A DNA stretch of 64,000 bases. Origin: Acutalibacteraceae bacterium. Its GTDB lineage: Bacteria; Bacillota; Clostridia; Oscillospirales; Acutalibacteraceae. The stretch covers positions 17,691 to 81,690 of the forward strand of contig JAZRGE010000080.1 in assembly GCA_045644025.1 (NCBI GenBank). The letters are read 5' to 3'. How positions within the stretch are numbered: position 1 is the stretch's first letter; each line of letters starts with the position of its first letter. Positions 36,220 through 44,867 of this stretch are shown piece after piece. The notes under the pieces were generated by a model. The model was not told where the DNA came from, made no database searches, and was given only the letters and a program-made list of their open reading frames with translations. A program made the translations under genes and the position numbers.

Positions 36220-38760
36220 ATGAACATAAGCAAACGCCTGCTTAAAGCCGTTGCCGCCACCCTTGCTGTTATCTCGGTTTTAAGTTTAGCCCCCCAATCT
36301 ATCCTAAAGGCCGAAGCCACGGTTTACGGCGGCTTTGCAGATCCCAGAGATCTTAAAAGCAGCCTGCAGAGCTATAGCTCCGCAGATGCTCCCGTTGTGA
36401 AGGATATTAAGCTGGCATCCAACAACGTTGCCAGGTTCGATAAGGTGGAGATCACCTTTAATATTGATGCTGCCTGGGAAAACCCCTTCGATCCGGAAGA
36501 CATCCTGGTCGACGGTGTCTTTATCTACCCCAGCGGCAAGGAAGTCACCATTCCCGCTTTCTACACCACCCCTATGGTGCCCACCGAGAGCTATAAAGAT
36601 AAAATCCTTATGACCTATTCCCCCAGTTCCTATGATTATCATCCCGATTATAAGCGCAAATCCATCTGGTGCCTGCGCTTCTCGGGCGATGAAGTGGGCG
36701 AATACAGCTTCTATATCACCGTGAAGACTGCCGACGGAAAGACCTGCAAATCCGAAAGCGGCACCTTCTCCTGCTATGAAGACGGCCTTAAGGGCTATGC
36801 AAAGGTTTCCGAAAGCAATCCACAATATATCGTGAACAGCGGCGATGGCTCCCTTTACTACGGCAGCGGCTCCAATATGGCTTGGGTGCGCAGCGGAGAA
36901 GCCTTCACCGATAATCCCCTCCACTTAAGCTACAACTACTTTATCAGCCGCGCCAAGCAGCAGACCAACATCACTCGTATCTGGATCTGCCACGGCAACT
37001 GGCTGGAGTGGACCTACGACCCTAACGATGGCAAGACTATCGGCTATCTGGGCCTGGGCTACTACAACCAGATCATGTGTGCCAACTTCGACGACATTCT
37101 AGAACAGTGCGAAGATGCAGGCCTTAGAGTTATGCTTTGCACCGATGATAACAACGAGCACGAGCAAACCGACACCTATATGTCTTGGGCGTTTAACCCC
37201 TACAGCATTGAAAACGGCGGCCCTGCAAAGGATGTTGCCGATTATTGGGTGAATCCCGAGGTGAGAGAATACGTTAAGAAGCGCCTGCGCTACATTGTGG
37301 CTCGTTGGGGCTACAGCTCTGCCATATTCTCCATCAACCTTTGGAACGACTATTGGAAGCCCTCCAGCGAGGGCACCGTGGAATATCTCAAAGATATTCA
37401 CGATTATTTTGATGAGCTTATCGGCGATTGGAGGCCCTTCCTCTTTGGTTCCAACTTCAACTACGAAGCCAACGCCGTGCTGGACTACACCGCCCAGTAT
37501 ATCAACCTTACCGACTACACCAAGCCTTACGTGACTCAGGAGTGCTACTACTCCATGACCGACTTCAGAAATGTTGTGCGCAACACTATATGGTCGGAAC
37601 TGGTGCAGGGCGCAGCGGCCACGATGGTTTGGAGCCACGACGATACCGACGAATACGACAACGGCAACGGCTGCTGGAATATATTTGATCATATTCTGGA
37701 TTTCACAGCCGATCTTCCTTTGGATAAGGCAGGAAAGCTCACCTACTCTTCTATAGTGGCAGACACCGCCACCGTTTCCGGCAGTAGCGCCAAGAATCAA
37801 TCCATCACCTCTATTGCTGCCTACGGCGACGTGTTCAGTTGGAACGAAAAGGCTCCCGCCGATACCTTTGATATCGATACTTCCCTTCCCGGCATGAACC
37901 TGGCCGGCTTCTCCCACACACTCTACGGTTCATCTTATTCCCACATCCGCACCGCTCCCACCTTTAATTTCGAGATGCCCTTCGGCGGCCAGTTTGTTGT
38001 GGGCGTGGATGAAAACGGCTGGGGCAACAACACCCTTAAGATCACTCTGGATGGCCAGGTTGTGGCTACCACCGCTATGGGCGAGGGTGATCGCGAGCTT
38101 ATCAGCGAGACCGACCCCAGAAGATACACCTATGTGGATATTCCTGCAGGCAAGCACACTGTTAAAATAGAAAACAGCGGCCCCGATTGGCTCAGTGCCA
38201 AAGAGATCTATTTTGTGAGCAACACCGAATCCACATCTTCTATGCTTGATATAAAGAGCATGGTTGGCGATAACCTGGCGGTTGCCTACATCCAGAACAC
38301 CACCTATTCTCAGCTGGCCACAAGGCTTTTGGGCTCCAGCGCCGCAGATTTCACCAACGTTAAATTCACCATCAGCGGCCTCAAGGAAGACGGCAGATAC
38401 GCAATGTATCAGTTTAATCCCGATACCGGCGAATACGGCACCATCGGCGAAGTGAACGTTGCAGGCGGCAAGGCAGAAATTTCTATCGAGAAAGTCACCC
38501 GCGATTGCGCCGTGAAGCTTATCAAGCTGGCCGAGGGTGAAAAGGTTAAGTCCGAGGGCTCCAGATACGGATATCTTCGTTTGTCCTCTTCTTCCGATAT
38601 TCCTGCCAATCTTCCTGCTCCCGGCAGCAACGATCCTGCAGGCAGCAATCTGCTGATGATAATCATCATCGCCGTTGCCGCAGTGATTATAGTGGGCGGC
38701 GGCGTGGCTGCAGCCATTATTCTCGGCAAAAAGAAAAAGGCTACCGAAGCAGCCGAATAA
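36220..38760 (+). CDS. Cell-surface DUF5060-domain / GH5-like putative glycanase with C-terminal membrane anchor
   Basis: The signal peptide is MNISKRLLKAVAATLAVISVLSLA...AEA. The DUF5060-like start reads VARFDKVEITFNIDAAWENPFDPEDILVDGVF. The C-terminal TM helix LLMIIIIAVAAVIIVGGGVAAAIIL is followed by GKKKK. Confidence 0.65.
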   Translation: MNISKRLLKAVAATLAVISVLSLAPQSILKAEATVYGGFADPRDLKSSLQSYSSADAPVVKDIKLASNNVARFDKVEITFNIDAAWENPFDPEDILVDGVFIYPSGKEVTIPAFYTTPMVPTESYKDKILMTYSPSSYDYHPDYKRKSIWCLRFSGDEVGEYSFYITVKTADGKTCKSESGTFSCYEDGLKGYAKVSESNPQYIVNSGDGSLYYGSGSNMAWVRSGEAFTDNPLHLSYNYFISRAKQQTNITRIWICHGNWLEWTYDPNDGKTIGYLGLGYYNQIMCANFDDILEQCEDAGLRVMLCTDDNNEHEQTDTYMSWAFNPYSIENGGPAKDVADYWVNPEVREYVKKRLRYIVARWGYSSAIFSINLWNDYWKPSSEGTVEYLKDIHDYFDELIGDWRPFLFGSNFNYEANAVLDYTAQYINLTDYTKPYVTQECYYSMTDFRNVVRNTIWSELVQGAAATMVWSHDDTDEYDNGNGCWNIFDHILDFTADLPLDKAGKLTYSSIVADTATVSGSSAKNQSITSIAAYGDVFSWNEKAPADTFDIDTSLPGMNLAGFSHTLYGSSYSHIRTAPTFNFEMPFGGQFVVGVDENGWGNNTLKITLDGQVVATTAMGEGDRELISETDPRRYTYVDIPAGKHTVKIENSGPDWLSAKEIYFVSNTESTSSMLDIKSMVGDNLAVAYIQNTTYSQLATRLLGSSAADFTNVKFTISGLKEDGRYAMYQFNPDTGEYGTIGEVNVAGGKAEISIEKVTRDCAVKLIKLAEGEKVKSEGSRYGYLRLSSSSDIPANLPAPGSNDPAGSNLLMIIIIAVAAVIIVGGGVAAAIILGKKKKATEAAE

Positions 38761-38779
38761 AATTTAAAAACAAAACAAA

Positions 38780-38817
38780 ATCGGGATACCGCTAAATGGT
38801 ATCCCGATATTTTTTTG
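38780..38817. terminator. Bidirectional rho-independent terminator overlapping the AraC stop codon
   Basis: ATCGGGATACC (38780-38790) pairs with GGTATCCCGAT (38798-38808), followed by TTTTTTT. Confidence 0.75.
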
Positions 38818-39748
38818 GAGAAACGCCGTATTTTTCGGCAAATATTCGGTGGAAATAGCTCACATTCTCGTATCCCACTGCCTGAGAGATACTGGAGACC
38901 TTCATCTCGGTGTTGCGAAGCAGATATGCCGATTGCGAAAGTCTCTTCTCCTGCAACAGCTCCGTGAAGTTGCAACCTGTCTTTTCTTTTATGGTGCGTG
39001 AGAGATTGTGCATGTTGTAGTAGAGTATTTCGGAAATTTCCGAAAGGGTTGCCGAGCGATAATTCTCTTCTATATATCTATAAACACGAAGTATTGTATC
39101 TTCTTCCTTGCTGCCCTGGGTGAGATGCTCGGTGTAGTTGAGCAGCTGCATAAATAATAGGCCCATCGTGGTCTGATTTATCATTCGCTTATTGAGCAGA
39201 TCTTTTTGAATCGTGTAAAGCAGATTCTCCACCAGATTACCTATGGGAATAATATTTGCCACCTTAAAATGCATATAGCCGCTCTGATTTTGGCCATCCT
39301 TCAGGTTATCTACCACAAAGCGGCGGATAGGTGTTTCTTCCTGGCCTATCATGCTGAGGGTGTGATCGAAAAACGGGGGGCGGATTATAAAGTTGACTGC
39401 CACATCCTTTTCCCCTGCGGGGCGGATCTCGTGAACGGCTCCCTTACCCAGAAAAAGCAACTCGCCTTCCTTTAGGGTGACCTTATTGCCGTTTACAACA
39501 TGAACCGTGCTGCCGCTGAGCATATAGACCATTTCAATATAATCGTGGGAATGGGGCGGAAAATGCACAAAGCGGGTGTGTGGGCGAATGGCGATCTGCT
39601 TGCCGGGAGAAAGAAACTTATCTATGCTCACCACATCGGCCGCATCTTCCATATAAAGCTGACGCTGAATAGAGCCATCTCCGTTAAGAATGGCTCTTTC
39701 CTCTTCTGTTATGGCAACAAGTTTTTCATAGATTTCCTTGCGCACCAT
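38792..39748 (-). CDS. AraC-family transcriptional regulator (cupin + dual HTH)
   Basis: 318 aa. The cupin region is FPPHSHDYIEMVYMLSG. The C-terminal HTH is YFHRIFAEKYGVSPKKYR. Confidence 0.85.
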   Translation of the reverse strand: MVRKEIYEKLVAITEEERAILNGDGSIQRQLYMEDAADVVSIDKFLSPGKQIAIRPHTRFVHFPPHSHDYIEMVYMLSGSTVHVVNGNKVTLKEGELLFLGKGAVHEIRPAGEKDVAVNFIIRPPFFDHTLSMIGQEETPIRRFVVDNLKDGQNQSGYMHFKVANIIPIGNLVENLLYTIQKDLLNKRMINQTTMGLLFMQLLNYTEHLTQGSKEEDTILRVYRYIEENYRSATLSEISEILYYNMHNLSRTIKEKTGCNFTELLQEKRLSQSAYLLRNTEMKVSSISQAVGYENVSYFHRIFAEKYGVSPKKYRDTI

Positions 39749-39821
39749 TTAGCATCACCCACCTAATTCTAACCGATAGGGCTCTTAAATGCAACAAAAA
39801 TAAACCTCTCACCTTCCCTAA

Positions 39822-39855
39822 TGCGACAAATTGCACGCACGAAGACCCTTATAAT
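39822..39855 (+). promoter_or_regulatory. Candidate spoIIG-type promoter (0A-box-like element plus TATAAT with over-long spacer)
   Basis: ATGCGACAAA (39821-39830) has its core TGCGACA one mismatch from the reverse 0A box TTCGACA. TATAAT lies at 39850-39855. The spacer from the GCGACA -35-like hexamer is 21 nt. Confidence 0.3.
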
Positions 39856-39879
39856 AGATCCTATAAGGGGGGTGGGACT

Positions 39880-40680
39880 TTGGTTATATATGCCGACGTT
39901 CTTTTTGTTGTGAACCTTGCTGTGAACTATTTTATCCTGCTTTTCACCGCCAAAGCTGCCAAAGAAGCTCTATCATTGCGGCGGCTGCTGGCGGGAGCAT
40001 CCCTCGGCGCCCTTTTTTCGCTCTACATATTGATGCCGCACATTCACGCGCTTTTTGAAATTGCGACGAAATTTCTTTTTGGTGCGGCTATAATTTTCGC
40101 CGCCTTCGGCAGAAGAAAGCCGCGAGCCTTTCTCCAACTACTGGCTTATTTTATGGCCGCCACCTTTGTTTTCGGCGGAACAATGCTGGCTATCTACACC
40201 ATATTTAAGCCACGCGGAATGGCTATCGACGGCGGTGTTGTGTATTTCGATATTTCTCCCCTGCTGCTTATAGCTTCCACCGCCCTTTGCTACGGAATAA
40301 TAAGGCTGCTGCAGCACGCAAGCCGCAAGAAAAACCCCACAGCCCGCCGCGCCGAAATAAAAATAACCTACGGCCAAAGGGAGGCCGGCAGCCGCGCCCT
40401 TGTGGACACAGGCCACTCCCTTTCCGACCCCTTCAGCGGTGCCGAAGTGGTGCTTATATCCCCTAAATTAGCCAAGGTTCTGCTCCCAAACGGGCTGGAA
40501 GGCGCAAAGCAGGGCGGCCGCTACAGGCTGATTCCCTGCCGCACGGCAGGCGGCCAGGGGATTCTGGAAGGTTTTCGCCCCGATAGCGTGGCCGCCGATG
40601 GGCTTCTTCGCGAGAATGCCGTGGTGGCCATAAGCGAAAACATCTGCGGCGATGATTACGAAGCCATAATAAAACCATAA
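39880..40680 (+). CDS. spoIIGA: Sigma-E processing peptidase SpoIIGA
   Basis: The N-terminus (M)VIYADVLFVVNLAVNYFILLFTAKA is followed by several TM helices. The aspartic-protease motif VDTGHSLSDPFSG is present. The start is a TTG. Confidence 0.9.
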   Translation: MVIYADVLFVVNLAVNYFILLFTAKAAKEALSLRRLLAGASLGALFSLYILMPHIHALFEIATKFLFGAAIIFAAFGRRKPRAFLQLLAYFMAATFVFGGTMLAIYTIFKPRGMAIDGGVVYFDISPLLLIASTALCYGIIRLLQHASRKKNPTARRAEIKITYGQREAGSRALVDTGHSLSDPFSGAEVVLISPKLAKVLLPNGLEGAKQGGRYRLIPCRTAGGQGILEGFRPDSVAADGLLRENAVVAISENICGDDYEAIIKP

Positions 40681-40691
40681 GGAATGAGACT

Positions 40692-41423
40692 ATGAAAAAT
40701 ATATTCGCAAAAATAAAACTTTGGCTTAAAAGCGCCTATCTCAAAATACTCCTAAGGCTTAAATTAGGCGGCGACAGCTTCTATCTGGGCAGCCCGCAGA
40801 CCCTTCCCCCACCCCTTTCGGCCGAAGAAGAAGCCGAGCTTCTGGCTCAATGGAACGAGCGCAAAGCGATGGTCTGCGATAAGCTGATAGTGCACAATCT
40901 GCGGCTTGTTGTTTATATCGCCAAAAAGTTTGATGCCGTGGGCGCATCCACCGAAGATCTGATCTCCATCGGCACCATCGGGCTAATAAAGGCCGTGCGC
41001 ACCTTTGCCCCCGAAAAGAACATCAAGCTGGCCACATATGCTTCCCGATGCATCGAAAACGAAATACTTATGTATCTTCGCAAAACAGCCTCCCTTAAGG
41101 CAGAAGTATCCATAGACGAGCCGCTCAACATTGATTGGGACGGCAACGAGCTGATGCTTTCGGATATATTGGGCAGCGAGCCCGACGAAATAGGCCGCGG
41201 AATAGAGGTGGAAGACGAACGAAGCCTGCTGAACCGCTTGGTAGAGCAGCTGCCCAAGAGAGATCGGGAAATAATCACGTTGCGCTTTGGCCTGCGCGGC
41301 GGAAAGGAATACACCCAAAAAGAGGTGGCCGATTGGCTGGGCATATCTCAATCCTATATCTCACGGCTGGAAAAGCGAATAATAGAAAAACTGAAGGAAG
41401 ATCTGGATCTTGCCGCAGGATAA
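40692..41423 (+). CDS. sigE: Sporulation sigma factor SigE (pro-sigma-E)
   Basis: A pro-sequence precedes YLGSPQTLPPPLS. Sigma-70 regions 2 and 4 are recognisable (LISIGTIGLIKAVRTF; TQKEVADWLGISQSYISRLEKR). Confidence 0.95.
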   Translation: MKNIFAKIKLWLKSAYLKILLRLKLGGDSFYLGSPQTLPPPLSAEEEAELLAQWNERKAMVCDKLIVHNLRLVVYIAKKFDAVGASTEDLISIGTIGLIKAVRTFAPEKNIKLATYASRCIENEILMYLRKTASLKAEVSIDEPLNIDWDGNELMLSDILGSEPDEIGRGIEVEDERSLLNRLVEQLPKRDREIITLRFGLRGGKEYTQKEVADWLGISQSYISRLEKRIIEKLKEDLDLAAG

Positions 41424-41424
41424 T

Positions 41425-41461
41425 AAAAGCTCTCTGCTGAATTTCAGCAGAGAGCTTTTTC
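41425..41461. terminator. Strong rho-independent terminator after sigE
   Basis: A 16-bp stem pairs AAAAGCTCTCTGCTGA (41425-41440) with TCAGCAGAGAGCTTTT (41444-41459), followed by a T-tail. Confidence 0.85.
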
Positions 41462-41473
41462 GGATATACTACA

Positions 41474-41716
41474 TTATCTGATCTCTTGTTCAAGGGTTTT
41501 GAATGTTTCGGTGTTGAAGAAATCGTAAAGAGATATCTCTAGGCCGTCGCATATTTTCTTAAGCGTTACAACACCGGCATTCTTGCTGCCGCCGTTAATT
41601 ATATTCTTTAAGGTTGAAGGCGGAACAGCCGAAATTCTTGCAAGAGCATTTACTGACATTCTCTTTTCTTCGCATAATTCCAGCAATCTATTTGCTATGG
41701 CTTTTCTCGTATCCAT
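41474..41716 (-). CDS. XRE-family helix-turn-helix transcriptional regulator
   Basis: 80 aa. IANRLLELCEEKRMSVNALARISAVPPSTLKNIING is an HTH_3-type motif. Confidence 0.85.
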   Translation of the reverse strand: MDTRKAIANRLLELCEEKRMSVNALARISAVPPSTLKNIINGGSKNAGVVTLKKICDGLEISLYDFFNTETFKTLEQEIR

Positions 41717-41772
41717 AATATTACCCCTAAAAAGTTCTATAATTAGTTTATGCTTTTTAGGAAGATAATAAC

Positions 41773-41805
41773 GACCATATATGGACTTTATGGACCATAT
41801 ATGGT
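41773..41805. promoter_or_regulatory. Tandem palindromic operator (2 x GACCATATATGG) in the XRE/SLOG divergent promoter region
   Basis: GACCATATATGG occurs at 41773-41784 and 41793-41804, a 20-bp register. Each copy contains the perfect palindrome CCATATATGG, and the second extends to ACCATATATGGT. Confidence 0.6.
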
Positions 41806-41830
41806 AAACTTATGTCGGTGGTGATATTTT

Positions 41831-42298
41831 ATGTACGAAAATACTTGCTGCTTTATCGGCCATAGGGCAATAAACGAAACCGAAAACTTAAAAGCAAAAC
41901 TTTTAGAAATAATTGAAAAATTGATCCTGGAAGAGAAGGTTAACACCTTTCTTTTCGGAAGCAAAAGCCAATTTAACACACTGTGCCACAAGGCCGTGAG
42001 CGCAATAAAAGAAAGGCATCCACATATAAAGAGGATCTACGTGCGAGCGGAATATCCCCATATAAGCGAGCGCTATAAATGCTACCTGCTTGAAAGTTAC
42101 GAAGAAACCTATTACCCCGAAAGAATATTAAATTCAGGAAAGGCGGCTTACGTGGAACGCAATTACGAAATGATAAACAACAGCCGATTTTGCGTGGTTT
42201 ATTATAACGACCAAGATGCACCCACCACACGCAGAAGCGGCACCAAAATTGCCCTTGACTACGCTGTTAAGCATCACAAAAAGGTCATTAGAATTTAG
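41831..42298 (+). CDS. SLOG-fold DUF1273 (YpsA-like) family protein
   Basis: 155 aa. The N-terminus is MYENTCCFIGHR (the CCFTGHR signature). FGSKSQFN, HPHIKRIYV, ERNYEMINNSRFCVVYY and GTKIALDYA match the DUF1273 layout. GGTGGTGA is the RBS. Confidence 0.65.
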   Translation: MYENTCCFIGHRAINETENLKAKLLEIIEKLILEEKVNTFLFGSKSQFNTLCHKAVSAIKERHPHIKRIYVRAEYPHISERYKCYLLESYEETYYPERILNSGKAAYVERNYEMINNSRFCVVYYNDQDAPTTRRSGTKIALDYAVKHHKKVIRI

Positions 42299-42308
42299 CC
42301 CTTAAAAT

Positions 42309-42338
42309 AAAAGAGATTCCTTAGCGGAATCTCTTTAT
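42309..42338. terminator. Bidirectional rho-independent terminator
   Basis: AAAGAGATTCC (42310-42320) pairs with GGAATCTCTTT (42326-42336). Confidence 0.75.
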
Positions 42339-43783
42339 TCATTATAAAACTCTTTTATTCTTGCCTTGCGCTCCAGCATTTCCTCAAAACGCGCAATATA
42401 TTCATAAGGGTATTTTAGATTAAACACTCGCTCGATGGTGTTCTCGCCGTATCTCCTAAGTTTAGTCACGGCCGATGCACCGCAGCCTAAGATCGTGTGG
42501 GTCTCGTCCATTATATAAACATTGTAGAGCCCTTCGTAACCCTGCTTGGCATAGCCCACGTTTTCTAAGTTGCCCACAGTCTTGCTCTGGCGATACATAT
42601 AATAGGGATTAAGCCCCATTTCGGGCAACTGCTTCACAGCGAAATCCACCATTTCATCGGCCGCCGATTCGGCGCGGTAATCCTGAGCGGTGAGCCTGGA
42701 TGCACGCTTCATGGCAAGGGCGTGCACCGTGATCTCTTCGGGCTCCAGCGCGGCTATCTGCAAAAGGCTTTCCTTGAAGCTTTCGGGAGTATCCAACGGC
42801 AAGCCGGCGATAACATCCATATTAATATTCTCAAAGCCTGCCTCGCGCGCAATGCGGAAGGCTTCGATAGTCTGTGCCGAATTGTGCTTACGCCCTATCT
42901 CGGCCAGCACGGCATCGTTCATTGTCTGCGGATTGATGCACACCCTATCGGCGCCGCCTTGGCGGATAGCCTGCATTTTGGGCAGGGTGATCGTGTCGGG
43001 GCGGCCTGCCTCCACGGTGTATTCGCGGCAATCAGATAGATCAAAATTATCCTTCACGGCGTTCATTATATCAGTGAGCTGCTCAGGAGAAAGCACCGTG
43101 GGTGTGCCACCGCCGATATAAACGGTTTCTATCCTTAGATTGCAATCCTTGGCAATAGCACCCGTGTGGGCAATCTCCTTGCAAAGGAGTTCTATATAAT
43201 CATCTATTAATCGCCCTGCGTTTTCCACGGAATGGGAAACAAAAGAGCAATATGCGCATCGTGTGGGGCAAAAAGGGATAGAAATATAAAGGCTGGCGGA
43301 TTCGGGGCGGGAAAGAGCCGTGATTCGCTCCTCGCTCTTGTGGGTGCGAAGGCAAAGATCTGCTTTGGCCTCACTCACAAGCAGCTTATTCCTGAAATAT
43401 TCCACCGCCGATTCTTCACCCATATCGGCACAAAGGCGACCCATAAGCTTGGCAGGGCGCACGCCCGTGAGTATCCCCCAAGGTGGGCGGCGATCAAAGG
43501 CTTTGCAGAAGCATTCGAAAAGCAAAACAGCCAAGATGCGCTCAAATTCCTTCTTAGCCTCTGGCATATCGGAAGCCACGATGTTCTCGGCCGAATATTC
43601 TCTGCCGCCTATGCGCAAAAAAGCCTTGAGCTCGGTTTCTGCACCCAAAGGATTCACCGAAACGATCGCGGCATCTTCCCCATTCTCGGGAGTGCCTACC
43701 GCAATCTTTTCGTAGGGCAGAAAGAGCATACAAAGCTTCTGCATTTCGTATTCGTAGCTATTGTTGATTAAAGAGAGTACCAT
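42335..43783 (-). CDS. hemZ: Radical SAM coproporphyrinogen-dehydrogenase-like protein HemZ
   Basis: 482 aa. The N-terminus is NNSYEYEMQKLCMLFLPYEKI. The radical SAM motif is IPFCPTRCAYCSF. Confidence 0.8.
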   Translation of the reverse strand: MVLSLINNSYEYEMQKLCMLFLPYEKIAVGTPENGEDAAIVSVNPLGAETELKAFLRIGGREYSAENIVASDMPEAKKEFERILAVLLFECFCKAFDRRPPWGILTGVRPAKLMGRLCADMGEESAVEYFRNKLLVSEAKADLCLRTHKSEERITALSRPESASLYISIPFCPTRCAYCSFVSHSVENAGRLIDDYIELLCKEIAHTGAIAKDCNLRIETVYIGGGTPTVLSPEQLTDIMNAVKDNFDLSDCREYTVEAGRPDTITLPKMQAIRQGGADRVCINPQTMNDAVLAEIGRKHNSAQTIEAFRIAREAGFENINMDVIAGLPLDTPESFKESLLQIAALEPEEITVHALAMKRASRLTAQDYRAESAADEMVDFAVKQLPEMGLNPYYMYRQSKTVGNLENVGYAKQGYEGLYNVYIMDETHTILGCGASAVTKLRRYGENTIERVFNLKYPYEYIARFEEMLERKARIKEFYNE

Positions 43784-44403
43784 ATTTCCTCCCGAAGATA
43801 GGGATTGTGTTTCAGTTCGTTCCCCACCGTGGTGGCAGGGCCGTGGCCGGGATAAAGATTTGTTTCGGGACGAAGATCAGCTATCTTTTTGAGTGATGCC
43901 TGCATCTCGTTTATATCCGAGCCGGGAAAATCGCATCTTCCGATGCTCATATTAAAAATAGTATCACCGCAAAGAGCATCGCTGCCTGCAAGATAGATCA
44001 CACCGCCTTTGGTGTGGCCGGGGGTGTGCATCACCCTTATCTGCTCTTCTCCGAGTGTGATAATATCTCCATCGGCCAGCAGAACATCTGCCTTAAAGGT
44101 GGGATGATCAAATCCGAAGCGGCTACCAAGGCTATCTTTTGCAGATTGTGTCATAAATCCGTCGGCACGGCCGATGCATATCTCGGCATTGGGGAAATAC
44201 TCCTTCGCCGCCGCCACACCTCCGATATGATCGAAATGGCCGTGGGTGAGCAGGATATATTCTATTTCTAAATCGGTGGATTCACAAAAGCGGCGAAGAT
44301 TGGGGCAATCCTCCCCTATATCCACCAAGGCGGCCTTTTTGCCGCTGCTCAGCACATAGCAATTAGCGGCAGAGCCGATAAGAGGCAGCAAGGATATATT
44401 CAC
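43768..44403 (-). CDS. MBL-fold metallo-hydrolase
   Basis: The LTHGHFDHIGG motif is present. A GTG start at 44403 follows GGAGGA and overlaps the dtd stop by 1 nt. The 3' end overlaps hemZ by 16 nt. Confidence 0.8.
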   Translation of the reverse strand: MNISLLPLIGSAANCYVLSSGKKAALVDIGEDCPNLRRFCESTDLEIEYILLTHGHFDHIGGVAAAKEYFPNAEICIGRADGFMTQSAKDSLGSRFGFDHPTFKADVLLADGDIITLGEEQIRVMHTPGHTKGGVIYLAGSDALCGDTIFNMSIGRCDFPGSDINEMQASLKKIADLRPETNLYPGHGPATTVGNELKHNPYLREEIWYSL

Positions 44404-44858
44404 TATGCCTTCCTCCAGATATCGGTGTCCATTATAAGGGTTACAGGGCCGTCGCACTGCATATCTATCACCATTTTGGCGCCGAAAACACCTGTCTCGG
44501 TGTGGATGCCATAGGCGGAAAGCTCACCCACAAAGAATTTATAGAGCCTATCGGCTTCTTTGGGAGGCATAGCCTTATCGAAGGAAGGACGAGTACCCTT
44601 CTTCATATCTGCCGCAAGGGTGAAATTGGATACAACCACGGCCTGGCCGCCGATATCCACAATAGAACGGTTCATTTTGCCTTCGTCATCACAGAAAATG
44701 CGAAGCTGGGCAATCTTTTTGGCAAGCAGAGTTGCCTGCTCTTCTGTGTCTCCTGCCACAACTCCCAGCAGCACCAGCAGACCGTAGTCGCCGCTGCCTG
44801 CGCTATTGCCATCGGCCACCACCGATGCCTTGAAAACTCTTTGAATAACAGCCTTCAT
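44403..44858 (-). CDS. dtd: D-aminoacyl-tRNA deacylase
   Basis: The sequence runs MKAVIQRV......GLLVLLGV..GDT...A..LAKKI..LRIF, with SNFTL and GxRPSF motifs. Confidence 0.9.
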   Translation of the reverse strand: MKAVIQRVFKASVVADGNSAGSGDYGLLVLLGVVAGDTEEQATLLAKKIAQLRIFCDDEGKMNRSIVDIGGQAVVVSNFTLAADMKKGTRPSFDKAMPPKEADRLYKFFVGELSAYGIHTETGVFGAKMVIDMQCDGPVTLIMDTDIWRKA

Positions 44859-44867
44859 ATTTTACTC

